Assembly (NCBI GenBank): GCA_963678195.1
Contig: OY782759.1
Location: 3,353,961 to 3,417,960 of the forward strand
DNA: 64,000 bases
Source of the DNA: an uncultured Hyphomonas sp.
GTDB lineage: Bacteria; Pseudomonadota; Alphaproteobacteria; Caulobacterales; Hyphomonadaceae
Direction: 5' to 3'
Of the stretch, positions 1-9,412 are shown piece by piece. Made by a program: the position numbers and the translations under genes. Numbering within the stretch: position 1 is the stretch's first letter; each line of letters opens with the position of its first letter. The notes beneath the pieces are model-generated. The model did no database searches. It was not told the DNA's origin and saw only the letters and a program-made list of their open reading frames with translations.

Positions 1-2
1 TT

Positions 3-164
3 ACCATGAATGGGGTGCTGTTTGCCTTCACACATGAAGGCGCGGCGGTTCACTTCGCAGGAGCAGCTTTCCTGCTCGCCGGCATTCTGACGCTGATCTC
101 GCTCGCACCATTCATGCGCGGGGTTGCCGTGAACCGCGACGCCATTCCCGCCGAAGCGGACTAG
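3..164 (+). CDS. C-terminal end of an MFS transporter (TetA/TCR-like), partial
   Basis: Own translation ...MNGVLFAFTHEGAAVHFAGAAFLLAGILTLISLAPF...AD*, a final TM helix typical of Tet-family MFS proteins. Stop TAG at 162-164. Confidence 0.6.
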   Translation, partial: TMNGVLFAFTHEGAAVHFAGAAFLLAGILTLISLAPFMRGVAVNRDAIPAEAD

Positions 165-170
165 GCGGCC

Positions 171-437
171 TCAGGTTTTCTTCCGCATCATCAACCCGCC
201 CGCCAGGCCCAGCACGGCCCCGCCAGCCGCGCCCAACAGGACAGCCTGCACCATGCCCGGCATGGCGCTTTCCGATGCGGGATAAAGATAAAAGCGCAGC
301 GCCATCGCGCCGGTCATGCCGCCCAGCAATCCGCCTGTCATGTTCCCATGGACCAGCCGGGCGACAGCCAGACCAGCGCAGATCCCGCCCAGCGCACTCA
401 GCAGGACAGACACAAGAAACGTCACAACAACCGACAT
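171..437 (-). CDS. small Gly-rich membrane protein, hypothetical
   Basis: ORF 171..539. Likely start is MSVVVTF at 437; about 3 hydrophobic segments. Confidence 0.6.
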   Translation of the reverse strand: MSVVVTFLVSVLLSALGGICAGLAVARLVHGNMTGGLLGGMTGAMALRFYLYPASESAMPGMVQAVLLGAAGGAVLGLAGGLMMRKKT

Positions 438-550
438 CGGCACAAACTCCCGGCAGACCTGCAACAAACGCTGTCTTGCCCCCGGCGTCCAGCCCCGCAG
501 CATCGGGACACAGTTGCCAGCATGACAGGATGCAGGCAAAGACCCACCCG

Positions 551-1081
551 ATGGCTGACATGCGCCCTGCCCTGTTCCTGGACCGCGATGGCGTGATCAA
601 CGTCGACAAAGGCTATGTCAGCCGCATCGAAGATTTCGAATGGGTGGACGGGGCCGCCGAGACCATCGCCGCCTTCAACAAGCGCGGCTGGTTCGTCTTC
701 GTCGTCACCAACCAGTCCGGCATTGCGCGCAACTATTACACCGAGGCCGACATGCAGACCCTGCATGACTGGATGCAGGCAGAGCTGACAAAGGCCGGCG
801 CGCATATCGACCGCATCTACTATTGCCCCTACCACGAGGCCGGAGAAAACCCGGCCTACCGGAAGGACAGTTACGACCGCAAGCCAAAGCCGGGCATGCT
901 GTTGCACGCCATGTCCGACTTTCCGGTGAAACGGGAATTGAGCTTCATGATCGGCGACAAGGAAGCCGACATGCAGGCCGCCCGCGCCGCCGGTGTCGCC
1001 GGCTTCCTGTTCAGTGGCGGAAACCTTTCGCAATTTGCAGAATGGACCCTTGCCAGCTTCGAAGAAGGCAATCGGGGCTGA
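551..1081 (+). CDS. gmhB: D,D-heptose 1,7-bisphosphate phosphatase (GmhB/HisB-N HAD family)
   Basis: ALFLDRDGVINVD HAD motif I, VVTNQSGIAR, YCPYH and RKPKPGML motifs. Start re-placed at 551 (530 also possible). Confidence 0.9.
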   Translation: MADMRPALFLDRDGVINVDKGYVSRIEDFEWVDGAAETIAAFNKRGWFVFVVTNQSGIARNYYTEADMQTLHDWMQAELTKAGAHIDRIYYCPYHEAGENPAYRKDSYDRKPKPGMLLHAMSDFPVKRELSFMIGDKEADMQAARAAGVAGFLFSGGNLSQFAEWTLASFEEGNRG

Positions 1082-1161
1082 TCCAAAAACAACCTCGCGC
1101 CGAAATCCGTTCCGTGATACAGATCACGGATGATCTATCTGCTCTCTGATATTATCAGGCC

Positions 1162-1896
1162 ATGAGAAATTATGGCCCGGAAACGTTCGGTGAACTGAAC
1201 GCGGACGAATACGATCTGCTGCATAATCCGGGAACGACCGAAGCCGCCATCGAGCTTCTGTCGGAATTTGCCCTGCCCAGGCGCACGCTGGAATTTGCCA
1301 TCGGCACCGGCCGCGTCGCCCTGCCTCTGGCCGAACGCGGCTGCCGGATCGAAGGCATCGAGGCCTCCCCGCTCATGGTGGAGAAGCTGCGGCAAAAGCC
1401 CGGCGGACATGGCATCCCGGTCACCATCGGGGACATGTCCGAGGTGAAGGCGGACGGCATGTTCGACTTCATTTTCCTGATCTTCAACACGCTCTACAAT
1501 CTCACCAGCCAGGCCACGCAGGTAAAGTGTTTCCGGAATGCGGCCAGCATGCTTGCGCCCGGCGGGGCGTTCCTGATCGAAGCCTTCGTGCCGGACCTCT
1601 CACAGTTCCACGATCACCGCAGTGTGAAACCCAGGCATGTCGGGTTCAGCTCGCTGGCGCTCGAAGCGGCGGTGCATGATCCCACAACGCAGCGGATCGA
1701 CTATCAGGTCCTGCGCGTCACGCCCGAAGGGACGAAACTAACGCCGTTGCCCATGCGATACGCCTGGCCACAGGAAACGGATTTGATGGCGCAGCTTGCC
1801 GGGATGGATCTTGAAACCCGCTGGGGCGGCTGGGACAAATCAGACTTCACCGCCAACAGCCGGATGCATATCTCCGTCTACCGCAAACCGGCCTAG
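1162..1896 (+). CDS. class I SAM-dependent methyltransferase
   Basis: LEFAIGTGRVALPLA SAM-binding motif; GDM; FDFIFLIFNTLYNL. Confidence 0.9.
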   Translation: MRNYGPETFGELNADEYDLLHNPGTTEAAIELLSEFALPRRTLEFAIGTGRVALPLAERGCRIEGIEASPLMVEKLRQKPGGHGIPVTIGDMSEVKADGMFDFIFLIFNTLYNLTSQATQVKCFRNAASMLAPGGAFLIEAFVPDLSQFHDHRSVKPRHVGFSSLALEAAVHDPTTQRIDYQVLRVTPEGTKLTPLPMRYAWPQETDLMAQLAGMDLETRWGGWDKSDFTANSRMHISVYRKPA

Positions 1897-2330
1897 ACCG
1901 GCTTCAGCGTCTTCGGATCGATCCCGCCCATCTTGCAGACTTCCTTCCACTCCGCCGCCTTCACCGGCTGGACGGACAGGCGGAAGGAGGTGACGAGGCT
2001 CATCTCGCTCAGCTTCGGATTGGCTTTCACGGCCTTCAGGGTCACGGGCTTCGGCATCGGTGCCAGCGCCTTGACCCAGACACAATCCCAGCGCGGATCA
2101 TCCGTCGTCGAATCCGGCGTGCTTTCCTTGCACACTTCCGCAATGCCGACGACCTCCAGCCCCTTGTTGGAATGATAGAAGAAGAGCCGGTCGCCGATCT
2201 TCATTTCGCGCATGAAGTTCCGGGCCTGATAGTTGCGGATACCGCTCCACTCTTCGCCTTCTTCCCCCTTGGCAACCTGTTCGTCCCAGCTCCAGGCATC
2301 GGGTTCGGATTTGATCAGCCAGTATTTCAT
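1893..2330 (-). CDS. EVE domain protein
   Basis: MKYWLIKSEP...GIRNYQARN...GDRLFFYHS signature. Confidence 0.95.
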   Translation of the reverse strand: MKYWLIKSEPDAWSWDEQVAKGEEGEEWSGIRNYQARNFMREMKIGDRLFFYHSNKGLEVVGIAEVCKESTPDSTTDDPRWDCVWVKALAPMPKPVTLKAVKANPKLSEMSLVTSFRLSVQPVKAAEWKEVCKMGGIDPKTLKPV

Positions 2331-2408
2331 TGCGTCTTCCGTCTCTCATTCAGGGGTGTGCGATTCCGTCTGAGGCATAACGCGGTTGCCTCCCTCAGAA
2401 AAGGCATG

Positions 2409-3227
2409 TCAGGAAAGGTGCCCCAGCGCAGCGCGCACCAGTCGCTCATAATGCGGCCAGCCTTTATAGGCTGCCAGCGCCGGATCTGTGCCATCCCACG
2501 CCGCCCGGAAAGCCGCGATCCGTTCCGGCGAGGACAGCGCCGCTTCCAGAGGATCGACCGCGATCCGGATTGTGAACAGGAGCAGGCCGCTGCCGGGCAG
2601 TTTCGAAATCGTCTGCCGTTCGACGCGCAGATAAAGGACGCTCAGCGTGGAGTCGTCCGGCGTGGCCGCCGCCAGCGCCTTCAGCGGCGCCGCATCTGGC
2701 GTGAACCGGGCATCACCTGCCTGAACCGTCCAGTTGAACCGCTCCAGCACCTGCCCCGGCCGCAGTGCATCGAACATGCGTGCAATCCGCGAGACGAGGC
2801 CGGGATTGGCATCCGGCACCGGATCGTGCAGCCCGCCCAGCGGCTGACCGGCCTTTTCCGCAAGTCGCCAGAAAGTCGGCGCGACGAGGCTCGCCGCCTC
2901 CAGACGCCAAAGCCCATCGACGCCCCGCTGAAGCAGGCAGAGATCATCCGAAACGCGGGCGGCAGCCGCCTCAAGCGGGGTTGGCCAGTCTTCCTCCGAT
3001 GGCGGAAGGTGGCTCGTGACAAGGTACGCGGCTTCGGTCAACACCGCATCCGGCAGATTTGAGAAAAACACCTCGGCGCGGTGATCCCGCATAATCCGCC
3101 GCTTTTCCGGCAACCAGACCTCTGCCTCCGTATCCGGCGCGATAAGGTTGTCCGGCGCAATGGGTTTCAGTCCGGGCGCGAGACTGGCCGGGCCGGACAG
3201 GAATGGCAAATAGGGCGGCTCCCGCAT
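2409..3227 (-). CDS. DUF3445 / heme-dependent oxidative N-demethylase family protein
   Basis: DDLCLL, FWRLAEKAGQPLGGLHDPVP, ERFNW and LRVERQT...FTIR motifs. Start MREPPY at 3227; the upstream part of the listed ORF overlaps the next gene. Confidence 0.85.
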   Translation of the reverse strand: MREPPYLPFLSGPASLAPGLKPIAPDNLIAPDTEAEVWLPEKRRIMRDHRAEVFFSNLPDAVLTEAAYLVTSHLPPSEEDWPTPLEAAAARVSDDLCLLQRGVDGLWRLEAASLVAPTFWRLAEKAGQPLGGLHDPVPDANPGLVSRIARMFDALRPGQVLERFNWTVQAGDARFTPDAAPLKALAAATPDDSTLSVLYLRVERQTISKLPGSGLLLFTIRIAVDPLEAALSSPERIAAFRAAWDGTDPALAAYKGWPHYERLVRAALGHLS

Positions 3228-3228
3228 G

Positions 3229-3855
3229 TCAGACCGGAACGGCGGATCCCCAGGAACAGAAACCTGCAATCTTCGGCGTGCCCGGCAGGTACATGGTTTC
3301 GGCGTCCTGCAATTCGAAACCCGCCTCTTCCAGCATCTTCTTCGTATCACGCGTGAGGTGGCAGCCCCCTGAGAGCGGTTTCCAGACAGGTTCGACCCGG
3401 CGCTGCCACTTTGCGACACCTTCATCGGGCGCAAGGCCGTGCTCGGAAAAGATAATCTTTCCGCCCGGCTTCAGCAGGCGCCGGGTTTCCTGCAGGGCAC
3501 TTTTCCAGTCCGGGATCGTGCACAACACGAACGTGTAGACGACCGTATCGATGGAGTGATCTTCCAGCGGCACCGATTCCGCACCCGTCTCCAGAAATTC
3601 GATGCTGCTGCCGATCCCAAGCGCACCTGCCGTGCGGTGCGCCTTTTTCAACATGCCTTCAGACGGTTCCAGCGCATAAAGCCGTTCGACCTTTTCCGGG
3701 TCGTAATAGCTGAAATTCGTCCCGCTGCCGCACCCGATTTCCAGCACCTTGCCTTCCGCGTGCGGAATGACCTTTTCCCGCTGCTTCATCATCGGCTTCG
3801 ATGCGCAGGCGCACGAAATGAGATTCGGAACGACGTATTTTTCCCAGGGGTTCAC
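3229..3855 (-). CDS. class I SAM-dependent methyltransferase
   Basis: VLEIGCGSGTN, DTVVYTFVLCTIPD, EHG...GGCHLTRD. Confidence 0.9.
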   Translation of the reverse strand: MNPWEKYVVPNLISCACASKPMMKQREKVIPHAEGKVLEIGCGSGTNFSYYDPEKVERLYALEPSEGMLKKAHRTAGALGIGSSIEFLETGAESVPLEDHSIDTVVYTFVLCTIPDWKSALQETRRLLKPGGKIIFSEHGLAPDEGVAKWQRRVEPVWKPLSGGCHLTRDTKKMLEEAGFELQDAETMYLPGTPKIAGFCSWGSAVPV

Positions 3856-4559
3856 GGCTTGATCTCCGCGCCTGGCTGATAGCCGGGATAAGCGGCACGC
3901 TGCATCAACAGGCGCGTCGCCTCGGTCGGCCGGGCGACCAGGGCGTCTTGCGTGATATTCACATCGAACTCGTATCCATCACCCATTGGCATATAGGTGG
4001 CAGAGCCATACTGCGCATCTTCCAGACCAAAGCGCGCGCCCTGCTCTGCTGCGAATTTGCGGACATCCAGCCCCGGATTGGCATAGAGACGGATGCCATT
4101 GGACTCCGCCTTCGTGACAGCTTCCGTAGAGTAGCGATTCGAGTTTCGGCCTTCGAGATATTCCAGCCGGTAGACGGAATCATAGCCCAGCATATTGGCC
4201 AGCGGCTTGAACTTGATGACCTGGGCGCCCATTGAGAACTCATCGCCTGTCAGCGTGTAAACGCGCGGCTCGACTTCCTGCGGCACGGTCAGGGTTGCCT
4301 GATAGGTATCTGGCTGATCGACGACGGCGTCGAAGCGGATATGCGCCGCATCCCGCTCCAGCGTCAGGCGTTTATAAGTCTGCAGGTTCAGGCCCGACAG
4401 CGCCACAATTCCGGCAAGGCCGAGGAAGCCGACGCCGAAAATCAGCCGGCCTCCGCCGCTCACGGGCTTCAGGCTGGCCAGTTTGCCGAACCCGGCAAAC
4501 AACAGCATCAGCCCGATAACACCTGAAATTGCTGGCAGAATCCACCAAATCAGAGACAT
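3852..4559 (-). CDS. conserved membrane-anchored hypothetical protein
   Basis: Two N-terminal TM helices followed by a soluble domain (YxLTGD...YRLEYLEGR). 4-nt overlap with the downstream gene. Confidence 0.75.
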   Translation of the reverse strand: MSLIWWILPAISGVIGLMLLFAGFGKLASLKPVSGGGRLIFGVGFLGLAGIVALSGLNLQTYKRLTLERDAAHIRFDAVVDQPDTYQATLTVPQEVEPRVYTLTGDEFSMGAQVIKFKPLANMLGYDSVYRLEYLEGRNSNRYSTEAVTKAESNGIRLYANPGLDVRKFAAEQGARFGLEDAQYGSATYMPMGDGYEFDVNITQDALVARPTEATRLLMQRAAYPGYQPGAEIKP

Positions 4560-4739
4560 CCACCTACTCCCAAAAGGCCGCCATGTGCCGGCAGCTCAAC
4601 CGCTCACCCTTATACAGGTTAACTTAAACCCAGCCTGAATGCGGCCACAAGTGTACGCATGAAACTGGCTCCCGGTTCCCCCACAGGAAGGGGCTTACAA
4701 AGTCTGCCCAAATCGGGAAAAGCCTGATACGGGGCAAAC

Positions 4740-5642
4740 ATGAATTTCCGCGATTTTCTTCTCCTGTTCGGTGTCTGCCTCGTCTGGGGCCTCAATATCG
4801 TGCTGACCCGGTGGGTTGTGGCGGATATGCAGGTCCCGCCCCTGTTCTTTGCCGCCGTCCGCTTTGCCGGTGTCGCCCTTTTCCTGATCCCGTTCCTGCG
4901 GCCGGTACCGGACAAGCTGTTCACCCTGCTCCTGATCTCCATCATGATCGGATCGCTGAACTTCGCCCTGCTGTTCCTTGGCCTGCAATCGGCCGAAGCC
5001 TCGGCGGTTGCAGTTACGGGACAGCTCGGTGTGCCAATCTCCACGCTGATGAGCATGGCCTTCCTCGGCGAGACGATCGGCTGGCGCCGGGGGCTGGGCA
5101 TCATGATGTCCTTTGCGGGCGTGGTCCTGATTGCGTTCGACCCGTCGAGCTTCCAGATTTCTGTCGGCCTGATGTTCGTTGTCGGGTCTGCCTTCATCGG
5201 ATCTTTCGGGGGCATCCTGATGAAGAAGATGCCGCCGCTGACCGGTCTTCAGGTTCAGGCCTGGGTCGGCCTGTTCAGCTTTGCCCCGCTGTTTGCCGTG
5301 TCCTTCCTCTGGGAACGCGGCCAGGTGGACGCCTATATTCAAGGCGGCTGGCAGGTCTGGCTGGCCAGCCTGTTTGCCATCGCGGGCGTGTCGATCTTCG
5401 GGCATGCTGCTTTCTACACGCTGATCAAGAAGTATGATGTCTCCATGCTGTCTCCGCTGACCCTGATGACACCGATCTGGGGCGTCGTATTTGGTGTGGC
5501 CCTGCTGAACGAGCCGGTCTCGCCAAGGCTGCTGATGGGCGCCATCATCGCACTCGCCGGTGTGTTCATGATCGCCGTGCGCCAGAACACCCGCCTGCCC
5601 GAGGCCGCCCTTGGCCGCAAAGCCGGCGCCGGAGACAGCTGA
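4740..5642 (+). CDS. DMT/EamA family transporter
   Basis: About 10 TM segments; WGLN, two EamA repeats, LLNEP. Confidence 0.9.
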   Translation: MNFRDFLLLFGVCLVWGLNIVLTRWVVADMQVPPLFFAAVRFAGVALFLIPFLRPVPDKLFTLLLISIMIGSLNFALLFLGLQSAEASAVAVTGQLGVPISTLMSMAFLGETIGWRRGLGIMMSFAGVVLIAFDPSSFQISVGLMFVVGSAFIGSFGGILMKKMPPLTGLQVQAWVGLFSFAPLFAVSFLWERGQVDAYIQGGWQVWLASLFAIAGVSIFGHAAFYTLIKKYDVSMLSPLTLMTPIWGVVFGVALLNEPVSPRLLMGAIIALAGVFMIAVRQNTRLPEAALGRKAGAGDS

Positions 5643-6397
5643 TGGACATCACCATATCCCCCAGCCCGAACCATGATGAGCGCAAGCATCCGGTGGACAT
5701 GATTGTCCTGCACTATACCGGCATGCAAACCGGACAGGCGGCCTTCGAGCAGCTACGCAACCCGGACGCCAAGGTCTCCTCCCATTACCTCCTCTGGGAG
5801 GACGGGCGGGTGGACCAGCTGGTCGCCGAGGACCGCCGGGCCTGGCATGCCGGGGTCTCCAGCTGGCAGGGCGACGACGATCTGAACTCCCGCTCCATCG
5901 GGATCGAGATCGTCAATGGCGGTCACGATTTCCCGGCAGCGGACGGCACGCTGCCGCCGTACCCGGACGTTCAGATCCAGACCCTGATCGAGCTTTGCCA
6001 CAGGATCCTTGCTGGCCGGGACATTCCCCAGACGCGGATCGTCGGCCATTCCGACATCGCCCCGCTGCGCAAGCAGGACCCCGGTGAGCACTTCCCGTGG
6101 GCACGCCTTGCCCAGACCGGGATCGGCATCTGGGCGGATATCGAAGACCTGGCCACGCCGGACGGACAAGGCAATACCCTCTCCCCCGGTGAAGAGAATT
6201 CCAGCGTCCGCCAGATGCAGGAAAACCTGCAACGCATCGGCTATGGCCTCTCCCCTTCCGGCACTTATGACGAACTGACCGAAGCGGTCGTCCGGGCCTT
6301 CCAGCGCCGCTGGCTGCCAGACCGGATCAGCGGAACGGCGGACATCGCGACGCTTCGCCAGATCGGCGTGATCCACGCGCTGTATACGGCGGACTAG
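5642..6397 (+). CDS. N-acetylmuramoyl-L-alanine amidase (Amidase_2 plus peptidoglycan-binding domain)
   Basis: IVLHYTG, VSSHY, RAWHAG, SIGIE, GHSDIAPLRKQDPG; C-terminal AFQRRW PG-binding motif. Confidence 0.92.
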   Translation: MDITISPSPNHDERKHPVDMIVLHYTGMQTGQAAFEQLRNPDAKVSSHYLLWEDGRVDQLVAEDRRAWHAGVSSWQGDDDLNSRSIGIEIVNGGHDFPAADGTLPPYPDVQIQTLIELCHRILAGRDIPQTRIVGHSDIAPLRKQDPGEHFPWARLAQTGIGIWADIEDLATPDGQGNTLSPGEENSSVRQMQENLQRIGYGLSPSGTYDELTEAVVRAFQRRWLPDRISGTADIATLRQIGVIHALYTAD

Positions 6398-7326
6398 CCT
6401 TCCCCGCGCACGACGATATCGTCGTCCTCGTCTTCATCGTCGATAAGTTCCGGCTCTGCCTGACGGGCGGCCCATTCGGCCGTCAGGGCCGCGCCGAAGA
6501 GGAGCGATGACACAGACGTTGCCAGCCAGATGAAACCGAGGATGACCGAGGCCAGCGCGCCGTAGAAATTGTCGAGCGCGGTGAATTTCAGATAGAGGTG
6601 AAAGCCCCAGGTCGCGATCACCCAGCTGAGCGCCCCGGCCGCCGCCCCGGCGGCCTTGGCCCGATGCCCTTTCAGCCGGCCATGCAGGGCAACGGCGAGG
6701 ATCATGTAGAAGATGGCGAAACAGGCGATCCATTTGCCGAGCCAGAGCCGCGAAGCGAGATTGCTGATGTGCACGGCAAGGTCATAGGCGATAAAGCCCT
6801 GTTTCTCGGTGATGAAGGACAGGATCAGCTGCAGCGCGCCGAGCAGCCAGACCGCCAGGATCAATAGCGCCGTCATCAGGATCGACACGCCCTGAAAACG
6901 GATGATACGGGTACGCCGCTCAGAGCCGGTCACCATGCGGATGCCGGTGATCGCCGCTTTCGCGCCGGAGCTTGCCGTATACAGAACGATGATGACTGCC
7001 ACGAGCGCGCGCAGGGTGACGCCTTGCGGCGTGACCTGCCGGATGGTTTCAAGATCCGCCTGTGAGAGCGGCGCGACCGCAGAGACCAGCACATCGTCCA
7101 CCGTTGCAGCGAGGCGCTGCGACAGCTCCAGCGGCATGAAGGCGAACAACAGGCTGAGCGTCAGATAGATGATCGGGAAAATCGAGAAGAGCGCATAGAA
7201 GCTGATCCCGCCCGTGACGATGCGGACCTCCGGCTTCGACAGGCGCATGATGGCGCCCCAGACCGGCTCAACGGCCCAGACCTTCAGCCAGACCGGCAGG
7301 GGCAGTTTTTCAATCCATGGCCGCAT
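6394..7326 (-). CDS. YihY/BrkB family membrane protein
   Basis: ISFYALFSIFP, YGALASVI..FIWL motifs. Confidence 0.85.
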   Translation of the reverse strand: MRPWIEKLPLPVWLKVWAVEPVWGAIMRLSKPEVRIVTGGISFYALFSIFPIIYLTLSLLFAFMPLELSQRLAATVDDVLVSAVAPLSQADLETIRQVTPQGVTLRALVAVIIVLYTASSGAKAAITGIRMVTGSERRTRIIRFQGVSILMTALLILAVWLLGALQLILSFITEKQGFIAYDLAVHISNLASRLWLGKWIACFAIFYMILAVALHGRLKGHRAKAAGAAAGALSWVIATWGFHLYLKFTALDNFYGALASVILGFIWLATSVSSLLFGAALTAEWAARQAEPELIDDEDEDDDIVVRGEG

Positions 7327-7407
7327 GAGGTTCCTGTCGCACCGGGAGGTTGGGCCTTATTTAAAGCGGTTCGGCGCGCTTGGCCATTCGCTGCGCCGTC
7401 ATTCCGG

Positions 7408-7508
7408 TGTCATCCCGGAATTTGCGCAGTAAATATCCGGGAGCCATTGTGTCGTTTCAAGCGGGAGACTGGGCCCCGGATAAGCCCTGCGGGCTTTCCG
7501 GGGTGACA
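7408..7508. repeat. palindromic doublet A (GTCA-tagged, REPIN-like)
   Basis: TGTCATCCCGGAA (7408-7420) and TTCCGGGGTGACA (7496-7508) form an inverted repeat with 1 mismatch; each half has an internal hairpin. Confidence 0.85.
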
Positions 7509-7539
7509 TGAGGCGAACGACTGTTCCTTACTGTTCATC

Positions 7540-7610
7540 CTTCGACTTCGCTCAGGATGAGTCCCTCTCTTACCGCACTCTCGTAGCGCTCATGCTGAGC
7601 GAAGTCGAAG
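7540..7610. repeat. palindromic doublet B
   Basis: 22-bp inverted repeat with 1 mismatch: CTTCGACTTCGCTCAGGATGAG / CTCATGCTGAGCGAAGTCGAAG. Confidence 0.9.
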
Positions 7611-7632
7611 CACGGGCGCGGGCTGAAACAAG

Positions 7633-7761
7633 CCCCCTCCGTCAGCCGGCTTTGCCGTCTGCCACCTCCCCCGCAAGCGAGGGAGGATGTCCTAGCCGCC
7701 CGCACCGGACTCAATCCTCCACCGCTTGCGGGGGAGGTGGCGCCGAAGGCGACGGAGGGGG
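7633..7761. repeat. palindromic doublet C (CCCTC...GAGGG family)
   Basis: Outer 11-bp IR CCCCCTCCGTC/GACGGAGGGGG; inner perfect 19-bp IR GCCACCTCCCCCGCAAGCG/CGCTTGCGGGGGAGGTGGC. Confidence 0.9.
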
Positions 7762-7824
7762 AAAGCAGCACGTGCGACCGGAAACGCCCCCGCGCTCCGG
7801 CAAGTTTCCTGATTGTGCGTGAGT

Positions 7825-8415
7825 TCAACTCGAATCCGGCCAGCGTTTCAGCGCATCGATCAGCTGCACGGTGAGCCCGCCGGAAACAATGCCGAGCGCC
7901 GCCGGCATGCGGTGGCTGCGGGGAATGGGTGGCACATGCGGCCGGGCTTCACCTGCTGCCTGCCAGCGCTGGATCGTGCGGGCGAGGCATTTTGCCCGGC
8001 GCTTGTGATGCTTCAGCGTGTCCAGCATGGCCTGCCACCGCGCGATCAGCGGTGCGGCGGGCACAGGGCCGCGACCCGGCACCGTCACCGGCCCCTTCAG
8101 GAAAGGCGAGCATGGCCGCGATGGCGCAGGCACCATGGTGAAGACGTAGCGGTACTCGGCATCCGGCTTCTTCGGCTCGTAATAATTGCTGCCGATGCGG
8201 GGCGTCAGCGGCGCGAGTTCCAACCACAATGCTTCCAGAAAGATCAGACGGCGGAGCAGCACGGCCAGCCGCTTCAGCTCCGCCCGCACGCGCCGGTTCA
8301 CCGATTGCGCAATCGTCTGAGGATTCTTGAACAGGTCCACATTCACGCCCGCCTCGGCAATGGCGCGGGCGATCGTATAGTAAGCCTGAGAGAAGAAATC
8401 GGTGCGCTCTGTCAT
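7825..8415 (-). CDS. hypothetical protein (basic, Pro-rich middle)
   Basis: ORF 7825..8460 with host-like codon usage; probable start MTERTDF at 8415. No recognisable family motif. Confidence 0.7.
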   Translation of the reverse strand: MTERTDFFSQAYYTIARAIAEAGVNVDLFKNPQTIAQSVNRRVRAELKRLAVLLRRLIFLEALWLELAPLTPRIGSNYYEPKKPDAEYRYVFTMVPAPSRPCSPFLKGPVTVPGRGPVPAAPLIARWQAMLDTLKHHKRRAKCLARTIQRWQAAGEARPHVPPIPRSHRMPAALGIVSGGLTVQLIDALKRWPDSS

Positions 8416-8500
8416 GGCGCGGAGCGTGCCATGGAGGTCTATCCGGGAGGATAGAGGCACCGGTTTTCCGCGTGCTGTGTAATAAGTCTGGGCACCCAGT

Positions 8501-8531
8501 GGTGGGTATCGCTCTCCTCAACCCACCCTAC
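8501..8531 (-). repeat. GTAG-type REP sequence (left copy)
   Basis: Minus strand reads GTAG GGTGGGT TGAGGAGAGCGAT ACCCACC: a GTAG tetranucleotide followed by an imperfect hairpin. Confidence 0.85.
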
Positions 8532-8543
8532 TTACTCTTTCGA

Positions 8544-9410
8544 TCAATTCGGTCGGAGGTGCACGGCAGAGGCATCAACGCTCTCAAGAAACAGGTCGAA
8601 GAACCGCACATATGCAACGACGCCCAGCTTAATGATGTCCGACCAGAATTCAGGAGGAACAGTGTCGATCGGCCGCTGGCCGGTTCTGGAATCCCGCGGA
8701 CCCATCCTCGGATTTATTGCTCCCCTCATGAGACTATAAACATGCATCGCTGTAATAATGTCCCACGGCTTGAGCCACATAGAATCCAGATATTGCGCAT
8801 CTGTACATAGGTGGAAATTCACCAAGGGGGGAAGGGGAAGCCCAAACTTTACAATGGCTCCTTTTCCGCCCGAATCCACTCCGAAAAACCCGGTGATACC
8901 TGTATTCGGCATTTCCTTCACAAGGATCGAAGGCATGGGCGGCACTCTTTTGGAAAGATGTCGGAACCCATTACGCTCGCCGACCTTTCGGAGATAAGCC
9001 CGCACGTCGGAATTCCTGACAAGCAATTCGGAATCACTCGCCGGGATAAGAGCAAGTTCCTGTATCTTTTGCGCTTCCAGTACTCCGTAATATTGTCTGC
9101 CTTCTTCCTCAGGCGGCATACTGTGCAGACGTTTTGTCAATATCTCATTGAGTCGATTTGGATAGTTTGCGAGCAAAGCTGTATCCGGCGTGACGGCATA
9201 TCTGAGTCTAAAATAAGCCCTAGCATCAGATTCATCGAGATATTCGCGAGCTGTAAACGCCCCGTCGCACAGGACACTCGCCAGTTCCGCATGAACGTCG
9301 ATCAATTCGAAGCCCTCGGTGCGAAGGCTCTTGCGAAGCTCCGCCGCCGCCTCCCAGTAACGAAGATCTACTCCGTGAGTAAGCATTATCCATTCAACCT
9401 TGAGCGGCAA
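8544..9410 (-). CDS. low-GC orphan hypothetical protein (about 280-288 aa)
   Basis: Uninterrupted ORF in a visibly AT-richer segment; alternative ATG start at 9386. No family recognised. Confidence 0.75.
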   Translation of the reverse strand: MPLKVEWIMLTHGVDLRYWEAAAELRKSLRTEGFELIDVHAELASVLCDGAFTAREYLDESDARAYFRLRYAVTPDTALLANYPNRLNEILTKRLHSMPPEEEGRQYYGVLEAQKIQELALIPASDSELLVRNSDVRAYLRKVGERNGFRHLSKRVPPMPSILVKEMPNTGITGFFGVDSGGKGAIVKFGLPLPPLVNFHLCTDAQYLDSMWLKPWDIITAMHVYSLMRGAINPRMGPRDSRTGQRPIDTVPPEFWSDIIKLGVVAYVRFFDLFLESVDASAVHLRPN

Positions 9411-9412
9411 GC

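Noticed and set aside
2409-3434. Apparent N-terminal extension of the DUF3445 ORF overlapping the methyltransferase
   Set aside because: The extension is an off-frame reading of the upstream gene; the true start is at 3227.
4611-4630. TTAACTTAAA near the divergent promoters at 4560-4740
   Set aside because: Half-sites lack N7 spacing; not supportable as a CtrA box.
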